This document shows, piece by piece, positions 35,631 to 46,239 of a stretch of DNA of 58,028 nt. The notes under the pieces are model-generated. The model saw only the letters and a list, made by a program, of their open reading frames with translations, was not told the DNA's origin and made no database searches. Each line of letters starts with the position of its first letter. Within the stretch, counting starts at the first letter, position 1. This DNA is from Eubacteriales bacterium. GTDB lineage: Bacteria > Bacillota > Clostridia > Oscillospirales > CAG-382. The stretch spans positions 1-58,028 of the forward strand of contig JAZTXY010000130.1 of assembly GCA_045636665.1 (NCBI GenBank), in the 5' to 3' direction. The position numbers and the translations under genes are program-made.

Positions 35631-37217
35631 ATGAAAAAGCTCAGACTTTTATCTCTTGTTCTCGTGCTTTGCTTTGTAAGCGTGCTTGCTTTGACCTCTT
35701 GTGAAGAAGCAACGACCGAATCGAGCACGGCGAACGATTCCAAGACAGAAGAATCCACCGATGTATCCTACAGCGAATATCAGGATTCGACCGGCAAATA
35801 TTTTGCAGTTATTAGCGGCGAAAACTACACGGGTAAGACTGTAACCTTCCTTACCTGCAGCGTAAACGCTACTTATGAATCCGAAATTCTTTACAATCCT
35901 TATGCAGACGACTCGAAAAAGACCTACGTTGACGGTCTTACCGTTACTATGCCCGTAGTTCTTAACGAAAGCTTAAAGCTTCGCTCCGAAGCGGTTGAAC
36001 AGCTTTTGGGCTGTAAGATCGAAGAAATGAAGGTTCACGACACCGGCGGACGTCCCGGCGGCGGTATGGCAAAAGCGATCCGCGAAGGCAATATGTCGGC
36101 TACCACCGATTACCAAATCGTTGTTCCCTGCCTTTATGACGGCGCAATGCTTTCCACCGAAGAAATGTTCTATAATCTTTACGATATTCAAGGCCTTCAA
36201 ATAAAAGCTCCTTGGTGGAATCAGGAATTTAACGAAAGCATGACCTATGCAAATCAGCTTTATTTCACCATCGGCGATATCGGTATCGGCAACAAATCGA
36301 GCACGGCAGCTCTTTACGTCAACCTCGACCTTTGGAACAAGAACGGCATCAGCGAAAAGCTCGGCGGCAATCCTTACGAGCTCGTACGTAGCGGCAAATG
36401 GTCTGTTGACACCGTTTTCGAAGCGGCTTCGCTTATTTCCAAGGACCTTGACGGCTCTAACGTTATCGACTATAAGGACGAATTTGGCTGGGGCGGTCAA
36501 AACGACGATATGTGGAGTATTTTCTACGGATCGGGCGAAAGAATCGCACAGGCCGATAAGGACGGCTATCCCACCCTTACCATGTACAACGAACGCAGTG
36601 CAAAGCTTATGGAAAAATTGCAGGAATTCGTTCAAAACGATAACTTCTATATTTCCGCAAACGACTACTTCGGCGTAGTTGAATGGCCCAGCGTTCTCGT
36701 TCAAGATGCGTTTACCTCGGGCAGAGCACTTTTCTACAACGGTAACGTAGGTACCGTTATCGAGCTCGGCGTTATGGAACAGCACTTCGGTATGGTTCCC
36801 GTTCCCAAGGCAGACGAAACCCAGGATGTTTATTATTCGCTCGTTAACCCCTGGTCGAGCACCTGCTTTGCTGTCCCCACCTGCGTACCCGGAGCAGACC
36901 TTCAAATGGTTTCGGACGTTCTTAACGTAATGGGCGCGGCAAGTATGAACATCGTTTCCCCCAACTACAAGGATATTCTTGAATACATGAAGATACGCGA
37001 CGACGATTCGGTTGATATGCTCAACAACTACATCCTTCCCAACCGCGGATGTGACGTCGGCTTGGCATTCAGATGGGGCGATCTCGGTACTCTCCTCCAC
37101 AATATGACCACCGCGCAAATCGGTACCTTTGCATCGGCTTACCAACAAAAGGAATCTCTCGCGCAAAGCCAGCTTGAAAATGCTCTTGAATTTTTCAAGG
37201 ACAACGAAAAGAAATAA
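35631..37217 (+). CDS. Extracellular solute-binding lipoprotein (sugar-SBP-like)
   Basis: GGAGG RBS, lipobox LTSC, APWWNQ, FTSGRALFY, FGMVPVPKADE. Confidence 0.8.
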   Translation: MKKLRLLSLVLVLCFVSVLALTSCEEATTESSTANDSKTEESTDVSYSEYQDSTGKYFAVISGENYTGKTVTFLTCSVNATYESEILYNPYADDSKKTYVDGLTVTMPVVLNESLKLRSEAVEQLLGCKIEEMKVHDTGGRPGGGMAKAIREGNMSATTDYQIVVPCLYDGAMLSTEEMFYNLYDIQGLQIKAPWWNQEFNESMTYANQLYFTIGDIGIGNKSSTAALYVNLDLWNKNGISEKLGGNPYELVRSGKWSVDTVFEAASLISKDLDGSNVIDYKDEFGWGGQNDDMWSIFYGSGERIAQADKDGYPTLTMYNERSAKLMEKLQEFVQNDNFYISANDYFGVVEWPSVLVQDAFTSGRALFYNGNVGTVIELGVMEQHFGMVPVPKADETQDVYYSLVNPWSSTCFAVPTCVPGADLQMVSDVLNVMGAASMNIVSPNYKDILEYMKIRDDDSVDMLNNYILPNRGCDVGLAFRWGDLGTLLHNMTTAQIGTFASAYQQKESLAQSQLENALEFFKDNEKK

Positions 37218-37275
37218 TTAACTGAACGATTAAGAAGCCCGATAATTTTCGGGCTTCTGTTTAAAGGATATATTT

Positions 37276-38127
37276 ATGAAAATACTGTCATTCGGTGAAA
37301 TCCTTTGGGATGTCTTTCCCGACGAAAAAAAGATTGGCGGCGCGCCCTTTAACTTTGCGGCACACGCGGCAAAATTAGGCGCGGAAAGCTATATGGTATC
37401 GGCAATCGGCAACGATGAAAACGGCATCGACGCCTTAAACGAGGTCGACCGCTTGGGAATAAAGCGTGATTATATCCATATCGACCGCAAATACAAAACC
37501 GGTTATTGCGCCGTTACCCTTACCGACGGAAAGCCGAGCTATGACCTTGTGCGCGACGTTGCATACGACCACATTCCCGACGTTTGCCCGCGCGGCAAGT
37601 TCGATGCGCTTTATATGGGCACGCTTGCAATGCGCTCTCCCGATTCGAGAAGGGCGTTTGAAAAGATGCTTAAATACACCGACACAAAGGAAGTCTTTTT
37701 TGACGTAAACTTCCGCGGTGATTTTTACACGCGTGAGCTTGTAAACACGCTTTTAAAGGAAACCACCATACTCAAGATAAGCGACGAGGAAATCGGATTT
37801 TTCGGCAAGCGCGATTATATCAACGTGCTTCTTGACCTGTCAAAAGCCTATCCGAAGCTTAAATATATCTGCTTAACGCTCGGAAAAGACGGCGCGTTGG
37901 TTTACGACTGCCGCAACAAAACCGTTCTTTATTCCGACAAGCCGAAGGGAACGGTCGTTTCGACGGTCGGCGCAGGCGACAGCTTCGCCGCTTGCTTCCT
38001 TGTAAGCATCCTTTCGGGGAAATCGGTAAGCGCTTCGCTCGACCGCGCGGTTACGTTAAGCGATTTTGTGGTAACGCAATTGGGCGCAGTGCCCGAATAC
38101 GACCCGAAAAATTTGTTTAAAAATTAA
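37276..38127 (+). CDS. PfkB-family carbohydrate kinase (fructokinase-like)
   Basis: FGEILWD, GGAPFNFA, STVGAGDSF. Confidence 0.93.
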   Translation: MKILSFGEILWDVFPDEKKIGGAPFNFAAHAAKLGAESYMVSAIGNDENGIDALNEVDRLGIKRDYIHIDRKYKTGYCAVTLTDGKPSYDLVRDVAYDHIPDVCPRGKFDALYMGTLAMRSPDSRRAFEKMLKYTDTKEVFFDVNFRGDFYTRELVNTLLKETTILKISDEEIGFFGKRDYINVLLDLSKAYPKLKYICLTLGKDGALVYDCRNKTVLYSDKPKGTVVSTVGAGDSFAACFLVSILSGKSVSASLDRAVTLSDFVVTQLGAVPEYDPKNLFKN

Positions 38128-38192
38128 AAAACTGTTGCAATTGTGTTAAAGCAGTAGTATAATAAAACATACTAAAAATTTTGGAGGTTATT

Positions 38193-38432
38193 ATGGATCT
38201 TCTTAAGAAAATTTGGCCCTTTTCTTTCGTAACCAAAAAGGATATTGCATCGCTCGTTATCAACGTTGTTATTCAACTTGTTATCGGTATCGTTCTCGGA
38301 TTTGTAATCGGTCTTTTGGCAGGCATTCCGATCGTTGGCATCATCGTCGGTCTTGTTTGCGGTCTTCTCGACCTTTACATTTTCGTCGGCATCGTGCTTT
38401 CCTTCCTCGATTATTTTAAAATTTTAAAATAA
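38193..38432 (+). CDS. Small membrane protein
   Basis: GGAGG RBS, hydrophobic helices, own terminator (38447-38479). Confidence 0.75.
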   Translation: MDLLKKIWPFSFVTKKDIASLVINVVIQLVIGIVLGFVIGLLAGIPIVGIIVGLVCGLLDLYIFVGIVLSFLDYFKILK

Positions 38433-38534
38433 CCCAGACAAACTTAATACCGCTTGTTTTACGCAAGCGGTATTTTTTTGTTGCCGAAAAGGCAAAAATC
38501 TTTCCGAAAAGACGCATTTACTTTCGCTAATTCC

Positions 38535-38563
38535 TTGACTTTGAAGAATGCAAATGGTACAAT
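38535..38563 (+). promoter_or_regulatory. SigmaA promoter of the polA cluster
   Basis: TTGACT-17 bp-TACAAT with TG extension. Confidence 0.7.
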
Positions 38564-38593
38564 AATACTGAATAATTATGTGAGGCAGACGCT

Positions 38594-41074
38594 ATGGGCA
38601 AAGCATTGATTTTTGACGGAAACAGCATATTAAACCGCGCTTTTTACGGAGTGCGTCCGTTGACCGCGCCCGATGGCACGCCGACAAACGCAATTTACGG
38701 CTTTGTCGGTATGATCAACAAGGCGATAACGCAAATAGGCGGCAATCCCACCTATGCGGCGATAGCGTTTGACCTTAAGGAAAAAACCTTCCGCCACAAG
38801 GCGTGCGATACCTACAAGGCGACGCGCAAGCCGATGCCCGACGAACTGGCGCTTCAGCTTCCCATCGCGCACGAAATTGCCGATTATTTGGGCTTGAAGG
38901 TAATTGAAATCGCAGGCTTTGAGGCAGACGATATTTTGGGCACGCTTTCGCACGAATTTTCAAAAATGGGCGAGCACACATTTATCGTAACGGGTGACCG
39001 CGACAGCTTTCAGCTTGTCAACGAAAACGTGACCGTTTTACTTGCCGCAAACGACGAAACAAAAATCACCACCCCGAAGGAAATTTTCGAAAAATACGGT
39101 GTAGAACCTAAAAAGCTTATCGACGTTAAAGCGATAATGGGCGACAGCTCGGATAACATAACGGGTGTCCCCGGCATCGGTGAAAAGGGCGCGACGAAGC
39201 TTATTGCCGAATACGGCTCGCTCGACGGTGTTTACGAAAATATCGATAAAATCACGGGCGCAACCAACAAAAAGCTTGTTGACGGTAAGGAAAGCGCTTA
39301 TATTTCGCGTTTTCTTGCCGAAATCAAACTTGACGTACCGCTTGACTTCCCTCTTGACGATTGCCTTTACAAGGGCGGAAACGCATTGAAGTTAAGAGAA
39401 GCGTACACGCGCTTGGGCTTCAGACAATTTCTTGAAAAGCTCGATTCCGTTGCTCCCGAAGCCGCGGCAGACGAGGAATTCAAAGACATTGCCGACCTTG
39501 ACGCGAGCGGCAAAACTATTTACGCGCATTGCGAGGACGAAAAGCTTTTCGTTTCTTGCGAAGGAGCTCTTTATTCGGGCAACGAAACCGACGGCATAAA
39601 GATTTTATCCGAATGTGAAAAATGTATTTGCTGGTCGACAAAGGATATTTTGCACATCGCAAAGCGTGAAAATTGCAAATTGTCCGCAAAGCTTGATGAC
39701 GTTTCGCTCCTTGCCTACGTCGTATCGCCTGCCGATAACGGCGTGACCTTCGGCAAATTGGCGCTTGACTTGTTGGGCGTATCCTCAAGCGAGGTCAGGG
39801 CTTCGCTTTTACCCGAAATTTTCGATAAGCTTCAAGAAAAGCTCACCGACGGTCAACGCTCGCTTTACGAAAATATCGAGCTTCCGCTTGCAAGCGTGCT
39901 TTGCGATATGGAGCACCGCGGCTTCAAGGTCGACAGATTGGCGCTTGACGATTTCGGTGCACAGCTTGATAAAGCCATTGCCCAAGGCGAAGAAGCGATA
40001 TGGTCGCTTGCAGGCGAAAAATTCAATATAAACTCACCCAAGCAATTGGGAACGATACTTTTCGAGGACCTCGGTCTTCCCCATTACCGCAAAACGAAAA
40101 GCGGTTATTCGACCGACGTTTCGGTTTTGGAAAAGCTCGTCAATTACCACCCGATAATCGAGCATATACTCGATTACCGCAAGGATACGAAGCTTAAAAA
40201 CACCTATTGCGACGGCTTGGGTAAGCAAATTACCGAAAACGGACGCATCCACACCACCTTTAAGCAAACGCAAACGCTCACGGGACGTCTTTCCTCGGCA
40301 GAGCCGAATTTGCAAAATATCCCCGTACGAAGCGAAAAGGGCAAGGAATTACGCAGATTCTTCGTTGCGGACGACGGCAATATTTTAATAGATGCCGACT
40401 ATTCGCAAATCGAGCTTCGCGTGCTCGCGCACGTTGCCGACGATGAAACGCTTATCAATGCGTTTTTAAGCGGAGAGGATATCCACACCGTTACCGCAAG
40501 TCAGGTATTCGGCGTGCCACAAGAATTCGTCACAAGCGAAATGAGAAAACGCGCAAAGGCGGTAAACTTCGGAATAATTTACGGCATCGGCGATTATTCG
40601 CTTTCGCAAGACCTTAAAATTCCAAAAAAGGTTGCCGCGGAATATATCCAAAATTACCTTGCAAAATACAGCGGTGTTTCGCAATACCTTGAAGGCACGA
40701 AGGATTTCGCCCGTGAAAACGGATTTGTCGATACGATTTTCGGCAGAAGACGTTATATTCCCGAAATAAACGCAACCAACAAAAACCTCCAAGCGTTCGG
40801 CGAACGCGTTGCAATGAACACGCCGATACAGGGCGCGGCGGCTGACCTGATAAAAATCGCAATGATCCGCACCGACAAAATGCTTCGCGAGGCAGGACTT
40901 AAGGCACGGCTTATTCTTCAAATACACGACGAATTGATAATCGAATCGCCGATTGAAGAAGCCGAAAGAGCAGAAGCGATACTGCGTGAGGCAATGCAGG
41001 GCGCGGCAGAGCTTAAGGTACCCTTGCAGGTAGATATCGGAATCGGCAAAAGCTGGTTCGACGCAAAGGATTAA
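38594..41074 (+). CDS. polA: DNA polymerase I
   Basis: 5' nuclease DGNSILNRAFY/EADDILGT; polymerase TGRLSSAEPNLQNIP, DYSQIELR, KAVNFGIIYG, LQIHDEL. Confidence 0.98.
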   Translation: MGKALIFDGNSILNRAFYGVRPLTAPDGTPTNAIYGFVGMINKAITQIGGNPTYAAIAFDLKEKTFRHKACDTYKATRKPMPDELALQLPIAHEIADYLGLKVIEIAGFEADDILGTLSHEFSKMGEHTFIVTGDRDSFQLVNENVTVLLAANDETKITTPKEIFEKYGVEPKKLIDVKAIMGDSSDNITGVPGIGEKGATKLIAEYGSLDGVYENIDKITGATNKKLVDGKESAYISRFLAEIKLDVPLDFPLDDCLYKGGNALKLREAYTRLGFRQFLEKLDSVAPEAAADEEFKDIADLDASGKTIYAHCEDEKLFVSCEGALYSGNETDGIKILSECEKCICWSTKDILHIAKRENCKLSAKLDDVSLLAYVVSPADNGVTFGKLALDLLGVSSSEVRASLLPEIFDKLQEKLTDGQRSLYENIELPLASVLCDMEHRGFKVDRLALDDFGAQLDKAIAQGEEAIWSLAGEKFNINSPKQLGTILFEDLGLPHYRKTKSGYSTDVSVLEKLVNYHPIIEHILDYRKDTKLKNTYCDGLGKQITENGRIHTTFKQTQTLTGRLSSAEPNLQNIPVRSEKGKELRRFFVADDGNILIDADYSQIELRVLAHVADDETLINAFLSGEDIHTVTASQVFGVPQEFVTSEMRKRAKAVNFGIIYGIGDYSLSQDLKIPKKVAAEYIQNYLAKYSGVSQYLEGTKDFARENGFVDTIFGRRRYIPEINATNKNLQAFGERVAMNTPIQGAAADLIKIAMIRTDKMLREAGLKARLILQIHDELIIESPIEEAERAEAILREAMQGAAELKVPLQVDIGIGKSWFDAKD

Positions 41075-41123
41075 AACGAATGAGAAAGGCCACGGAATAT
41101 AAAACCCGTGTGAAATAAAGATT

Positions 41124-42674
41124 ATGGAACTTAAAAATCTCAACGGCAGAAAAGCAAGAATGCTGCTTGTTTACCCCGACTATACCGACCGCGAGCTTAC
41201 CGGTAAGCTTACAGGCGGTAACTACAGCGAGGGCTTGGCATCGATTTCGGCGGTTATGAAGCAGGGCGGACACGACGTTAAGCTTATGCACCTGCTTTAT
41301 CTCCACAACGAACAGGAATTCAAGGAAAAGCTTAAGTCATTGGGCGAATTCGATATTATCGGTTTTTCGATCCGCACCACCGCATTCCCCGACAGCCAGC
41401 TTTATATTAAATGGACAAAAGAGGTTTATCCCGACGTTTTCGTTACCGCAGGCAGCTATCACTGTACCCTCGCACCCGAGGAGGTTATGGCGCTTGATGG
41501 TGTCGATGCGTTGACCATCGGCGACGGCGAATACCAAGCGCTTGAGCTTGCCGACAAGATGAGCGCGGGCGAGGATTATACAAACATTCTTTCGATGTGG
41601 TTCAGAATGCCCGACGGAAGCATTAAAAAGAACCCCGTTGCGCCGCTTTTTGCCGACCTTGACAGACTTCCCATTCCCGACTTTGACCTTTTCGATTACG
41701 ACAATCTCGACAGCGTTAAGGTTGGTACCGCAATCGTTATGATGAGCCGCGGATGCAGATATAACTGTACCTATTGCGGTAACTCGCAGTTCAGAAACGT
41801 ATATCCCAACAAAAAAATCTATTCTCGCTTCCGTTCTCCCCAAAACGGCATTCTTTACCTCAAAACCCTTCTTGAAAAGCATCCGCAAATCAAGGTTATC
41901 AACTTCCGCGATGCTATTTTCAATATGATGCCCGATTGGACCGAGGAATTTTTGGACCTTTACACCAAGGAGATCCACCTTCCCTTTACCGGCAACATCC
42001 GTTTCGACATCCTTACCGAGGAATCGGTTCGCAAGATGAAGGAGGCAGGATGCTATACCATCGATATGGGTCTTGAAAGCGGCGATCAGGAAATGCGCTT
42101 TAAGTATCTTAAGCGCTATATGACCGACGAAATGATAATCAACTGCAGTAAATGGTTCCACAAGCACGGTATCGCTCAGCTCACCTATAACATAATCGGT
42201 CTTCCTTATGAGGATAAATACCGCGCGCTTAAAACAATCAAGCTTAACGCAAAGGCAGGCGCCGACCGCGTTATCCCCAACATCTTTTACCCCTACCCCG
42301 GCACAAAGCTTTACGATATCGCAAAGGAAGGCGGCTTTATTCCCGAGGGCGGTGTTTCGCCCGATGCGCGCGTACCGCTCGTTCAGCCGCAATTCCCCGA
42401 ACACGAGGTATTGTATTTGCAGGCATATTTCTCTCACTTCGTAAGAAGATACAAATGGGCTTACGCAATGCCCAAATGGCTCGGAAAGCCTTATGAAAAA
42501 TGGCTCGACCACCGCGCAACGGGTAAGCACGTGCCCTATAAGCTTTTGGTCAAGCTTCACGACGGCTATGCAAAGGTACGCAACGGACTTAAAAACTTCC
42601 TTGTCGACCATCTCCCCAAGGTTTATATGAAGCTCCGTATGCTTAAGCACCGCAAGAAAGCAAAGAATAAATAA
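41124..42674 (+). CDS. Cobalamin-binding radical SAM protein
   Basis: N-terminal B12-binding-like domain (GLASISAVMKQGGH, IGDGE) and SRGCRYNCTYC (CxxxCxxC). Confidence 0.9.
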   Translation: MELKNLNGRKARMLLVYPDYTDRELTGKLTGGNYSEGLASISAVMKQGGHDVKLMHLLYLHNEQEFKEKLKSLGEFDIIGFSIRTTAFPDSQLYIKWTKEVYPDVFVTAGSYHCTLAPEEVMALDGVDALTIGDGEYQALELADKMSAGEDYTNILSMWFRMPDGSIKKNPVAPLFADLDRLPIPDFDLFDYDNLDSVKVGTAIVMMSRGCRYNCTYCGNSQFRNVYPNKKIYSRFRSPQNGILYLKTLLEKHPQIKVINFRDAIFNMMPDWTEEFLDLYTKEIHLPFTGNIRFDILTEESVRKMKEAGCYTIDMGLESGDQEMRFKYLKRYMTDEMIINCSKWFHKHGIAQLTYNIIGLPYEDKYRALKTIKLNAKAGADRVIPNIFYPYPGTKLYDIAKEGGFIPEGGVSPDARVPLVQPQFPEHEVLYLQAYFSHFVRRYKWAYAMPKWLGKPYEKWLDHRATGKHVPYKLLVKLHDGYAKVRNGLKNFLVDHLPKVYMKLRMLKHRKKAKNK

Positions 42675-42676
42675 TT

Positions 42677-43507
42677 ATGGCAGGAACACTTTATATCGTA
42701 CCTACCCCTATCGGAAATATGGGTGATATGACACCGCGCGCAAAAGAGGTTTTGGAAAGCGTCGATTTCGTCGCGAGCGAGGATACGCGCGTCGGCGGTA
42801 AGCTTTTGATGCTTTTGGAAATCAAAAAGCCGCTTGTCAGCTATCACGAGCATACGTCAAAAAGCGCAACCGATTCGATAATCGAGCGCATCCAAAACGG
42901 CGAAAGCTGTGCGCTTATTACCGATGCGGGCACTCCCGCGGTGAGCGATCCCGGTGAAAAGCTTGTCAACGCCTGCGCAAGCGCGGGAATTGAAATTACG
43001 GCTCTGCCCGGCGCCTGCGCGGCAATAACGGCGATTTCGGCTTCGGGATTGCCGTCAAGACGCTTTTGCTTCGAGGGATTTCTTCCCGAAAACAAGCGCG
43101 AAAGACGTGAAAGACTCGAAGAGCTCTCACGCGAGAAGCGAACCTTTATCCTTTATATCTCGCCGCACGATATCGATTCCTATCTGCCCGAATTGGCAAA
43201 TGCGCTCACAAGCCGCAAATGCGTTCTCGCAAAGGAATTGACCAAAATTCACGAGCGCTATTTCCGCGGCACCGCCGAAGAAATAGCCGCAAAATTCCAA
43301 ACCCTCTCGCCGTCCGAAAAGAAGGGCGAATTCGTTATGATATGTGAGGGAATGAGCGAGGAAGATGCTTTTTGGAAGGAAATGACCGTAAAAGAGCACG
43401 TTGACCACTATATATCGCTCGGACTATCGAAAATGGATGCCTGCAAGGCTACCGCGCGCGACCGCGGTGTCGGCAAGGGCGAAATCTATAAGAGCATAAA
43501 CAACTGA
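42677..43507 (+). CDS. rsmI: 16S rRNA C1402 2'-O-methyltransferase
   Basis: LYIVPTPIGN, EDTR, DAGTPAVSDPG, KELTKIHE. Confidence 0.96.
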   Translation: MAGTLYIVPTPIGNMGDMTPRAKEVLESVDFVASEDTRVGGKLLMLLEIKKPLVSYHEHTSKSATDSIIERIQNGESCALITDAGTPAVSDPGEKLVNACASAGIEITALPGACAAITAISASGLPSRRFCFEGFLPENKRERRERLEELSREKRTFILYISPHDIDSYLPELANALTSRKCVLAKELTKIHERYFRGTAEEIAAKFQTLSPSEKKGEFVMICEGMSEEDAFWKEMTVKEHVDHYISLGLSKMDACKATARDRGVGKGEIYKSINN

Positions 43508-43520
43508 AAGGACTGTTTTA

Positions 43521-44930
43521 ATGAGATCTTTCGGGATCAGAATTTTAATAACTCTGCTTATCCTATGCCTTACCTTCCCGATATTTCCCGTTTACGCTCA
43601 AGGCGAAGCGGTGAATATTGCGCTGTCCTTTGACGGCGAAGCATACAAGGGCGGCGAAATCACCTTGCGCGTTGCCGTCGGCAAGCCGACCGATGCACTC
43701 GCAGGGCTTGAATTCACGCTTTCGTACGACAGCAAATACGTCAAGGCGAAAATTATCGAAAATAACGAAAACGAGCTTCAAATGGATGCGCTTATCGCTT
43801 CAATGCCAAGCGGCTGGGAACAGATAAGCAGTCACAAGGAGGGTATTTACACCTTCCGCTTTGCTATGCCCGACAACGGCAAGGATTTGCTTGACAGCGC
43901 CGATGAGCTTGTTTTGGAAATCCCCTTTACGGTACAAGCCGCCGGCTCGTTTGATTTTGCGATTTCAAGCGAGGATATTATTGCCGTTGCAAACGATAAG
44001 GAAAGCACGGCTCTTTCGGGCAGCGGAAGTGAAATTTCGGTTGTCGCATCGAGCGAGGCACAAAAGATAGGCATCGAATTCAAGGGAAGCGACACAGCCA
44101 ACGAAAAGGGCAAATACAACCTTGTGATCGAGGCATTAAACCTCGGCGACACAAGCGGTATTGCCGCGCTTGAATTTGACTTTACATACGATAAAAAGGT
44201 CTTTTCTCCCACTGTAATAACCAACGAAAACGAAGAAATGAACGTCTTTATGCAGGATATGCCCGGCGATTGGGAGCAAATGTGCTCGTTTGACGAGGTA
44301 AAGGGCAAATATACTCTGCGCTTCGCCGCGAAAAATGCCGAATCGTTAACCGATGCCGACGTTTTGAAATCGGGCGAAAAAATGGTTATTTCGGTGCCCT
44401 TTAAGGTTATTGGAAGCGAGGGCGAAATCGCTTCGTTTATGGTCGAATCGGCATCTGTCATCGGCATAAACTGTGCAAACGGTATCCTTTCGGGAAGCGG
44501 AAGCGTTAAATCGGTTTCTATCGAAAAACCGCCGATAGGAACGATTCCCGACGATTCGGGATATATTATAAAAGACGGATTTTTGATGTACGTCAACGAA
44601 AAAACGGCGGTGTCGGATTTTCTTGCGCCCTTAGGAGAAGGCTTTACGGTAAATTCAAAGGGTGACAGAATCTGCACGGGCGATATTCTTACAAACGGAA
44701 ACGGAACCGACCTTGAAATCATCGTGCTCGGCGACGTTAACGGCTCGGGCGATATCGAAAAATACGATTATATTCTCGTTAAGCGTTGCTGTATGAACAC
44801 AATTTCGTTTAACGAGGCTCAACTTCTTGCCGCGGACATAAACCGCAACGGAAGCGTTGATAAATACGATTATATTCTCGCAAAACGCCACTGTATGGGC
44901 ACTTTTACAATAAAGGCGGATGAACAATGA
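43521..44930 (+). CDS. Secreted protein with two cohesin-like domains and a C-terminal dockerin
   Basis: Signal peptide; two internal repeats (LAGLEFTLSYD..MPSGWEQ / IAALEFDFTYD..MPGDWEQ); duplicated Ca-loops GDVNGSGDIEKYDYILVKR and ADINRNGSVDKYDYILAKR. Confidence 0.8.
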   Translation: MRSFGIRILITLLILCLTFPIFPVYAQGEAVNIALSFDGEAYKGGEITLRVAVGKPTDALAGLEFTLSYDSKYVKAKIIENNENELQMDALIASMPSGWEQISSHKEGIYTFRFAMPDNGKDLLDSADELVLEIPFTVQAAGSFDFAISSEDIIAVANDKESTALSGSGSEISVVASSEAQKIGIEFKGSDTANEKGKYNLVIEALNLGDTSGIAALEFDFTYDKKVFSPTVITNENEEMNVFMQDMPGDWEQMCSFDEVKGKYTLRFAAKNAESLTDADVLKSGEKMVISVPFKVIGSEGEIASFMVESASVIGINCANGILSGSGSVKSVSIEKPPIGTIPDDSGYIIKDGFLMYVNEKTAVSDFLAPLGEGFTVNSKGDRICTGDILTNGNGTDLEIIVLGDVNGSGDIEKYDYILVKRCCMNTISFNEAQLLAADINRNGSVDKYDYILAKRHCMGTFTIKADEQ

Positions 44931-45373
44931 CAAGAAAAATAATTGCCGTTTTATTTGCGGCTGTAATGCTTTTTTCGCTTTGCGCTTGTACAGAGCAGTA
45001 TGAAAAGGCAGATGATTACGCAACGAAGTTCATTTCGGCGCTTTGTCTGCGCGATGAAGCGGAGATGAAAAAATACGCGCACCCCGATTATATCGACCAA
45101 GCAATCCCCAACGACAGCTTTTACGAAACGCTTTCCTCCCAATTCTTTTCCGTCGGCAGTGAAATGACGGCCTTGGTCGGTGTCGGCAAAGCGAAAATCG
45201 AGGACAGCGACCAATTCGGCGGCGATGCTATGAGATGCACCTACGTTGCTCAGGCAAACGAGCTGTTTTACACCGTAGAGCTTATCGTATTGGAAAATGA
45301 CAACGGCTACGGCATCGTTTCTGTCGCAATGGTGCTTAATACCGAGTATGATTATTACTTTCAGGGTGAATAA
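44927..45373 (+). CDS. Hypothetical lipoprotein
   Basis: Lipobox LCAC; overlaps both neighbours. Confidence 0.75.
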   Translation: MTRKIIAVLFAAVMLFSLCACTEQYEKADDYATKFISALCLRDEAEMKKYAHPDYIDQAIPNDSFYETLSSQFFSVGSEMTALVGVGKAKIEDSDQFGGDAMRCTYVAQANELFYTVELIVLENDNGYGIVSVAMVLNTEYDYYFQGE

Positions 45374-46239
45374 TGAAAAAACTTTCAAACACTTTTAAAA
45401 ATTACAGCTTAATAACTGTCGGTTGCATACTTTTTGCCGCAGGCGTTTCGCTTTTCCTTGAACCGAGCCAGCTTGCCTCGGGCGGTGTTTCGGGTATTGC
45501 GATTATTCTCAACAGCTTTATCGATTTTATCCCCGTAGGTATGTGGGTCATCATTTTCAACGTGCCGATAATGATTGCGGGCGTTATTAAATTAGGCGCA
45601 AAAATACTTGTGCCGACCTTCTTTGCCCTTGTGGTAAGCTCGGGCGCGATGACTCTGTTTGAAATATTTTGCCCTCCCCTTACAACAAATCCGATGCTCG
45701 CCTGTGTCGGCGGCGCGGTGCTCGTTGCATCGGGTATCGGTCTTGTCTTCCGCGGCGGCGCAACAACGGCAGGCACCGATATTATCGTTAAGCTTTTGCG
45801 CTTGAAGTTCCGCCACATTTCTACCGGCGCAATATTCCTTTTCACCGACGGATTGGTATGCCTTGCATCGGGTATCGTTTTCAAGGATTTCGATAACGCG
45901 CTTTATGCGGCGATCGCTGTATTCATCCAAATGTTCGTGCTTAATATGGTGCTTTACGGCTCGGATGAGGCAAGAATGGTTTATATCATCAGCGAACGCG
46001 ATGAAATTATCGCAAAGCGTCTGCTTAAGGAAATCGATGCCGGCGCGACCTATTTGAACGGCAACGGCGCCTATACGGGCAAGGACCGCAAGGTGCTTAT
46101 GTGCGCTTTGAAAATGCGCGCTGTTCCCCAAGCGCGTGAAATTATCCGCCAAGAGGACAGCGATGCTTTCGTTATCGTTACAAAGGCGACCAACGTATTC
46201 GGCGAGGGCTTTAAAAGCCACGTTGAGGATGATTTATGA
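45373..46239 (+). CDS. YitT-family membrane protein
   Basis: LASGGVSGIA, GATTAGTDII, GATYLNGNGAYTG, VFGEGF. Confidence 0.92.
   Translation: MKKLSNTFKNYSLITVGCILFAAGVSLFLEPSQLASGGVSGIAIILNSFIDFIPVGMWVIIFNVPIMIAGVIKLGAKILVPTFFALVVSSGAMTLFEIFCPPLTTNPMLACVGGAVLVASGIGLVFRGGATTAGTDIIVKLLRLKFRHISTGAIFLFTDGLVCLASGIVFKDFDNALYAAIAVFIQMFVLNMVLYGSDEARMVYIISERDEIIAKRLLKEIDAGATYLNGNGAYTGKDRKVLMCALKMRAVPQAREIIRQEDSDAFVIVTKATNVFGEGFKSHVEDDL

Noticed and set aside
35973..37166. 397-aa minus-strand ORF
   Set aside because: Antisense shadow of the solute-binding lipoprotein, with no motifs or RBS.
41337..42650. 437-aa minus-strand ORF
   Set aside because: Antisense shadow of the radical SAM gene caused by codon bias.
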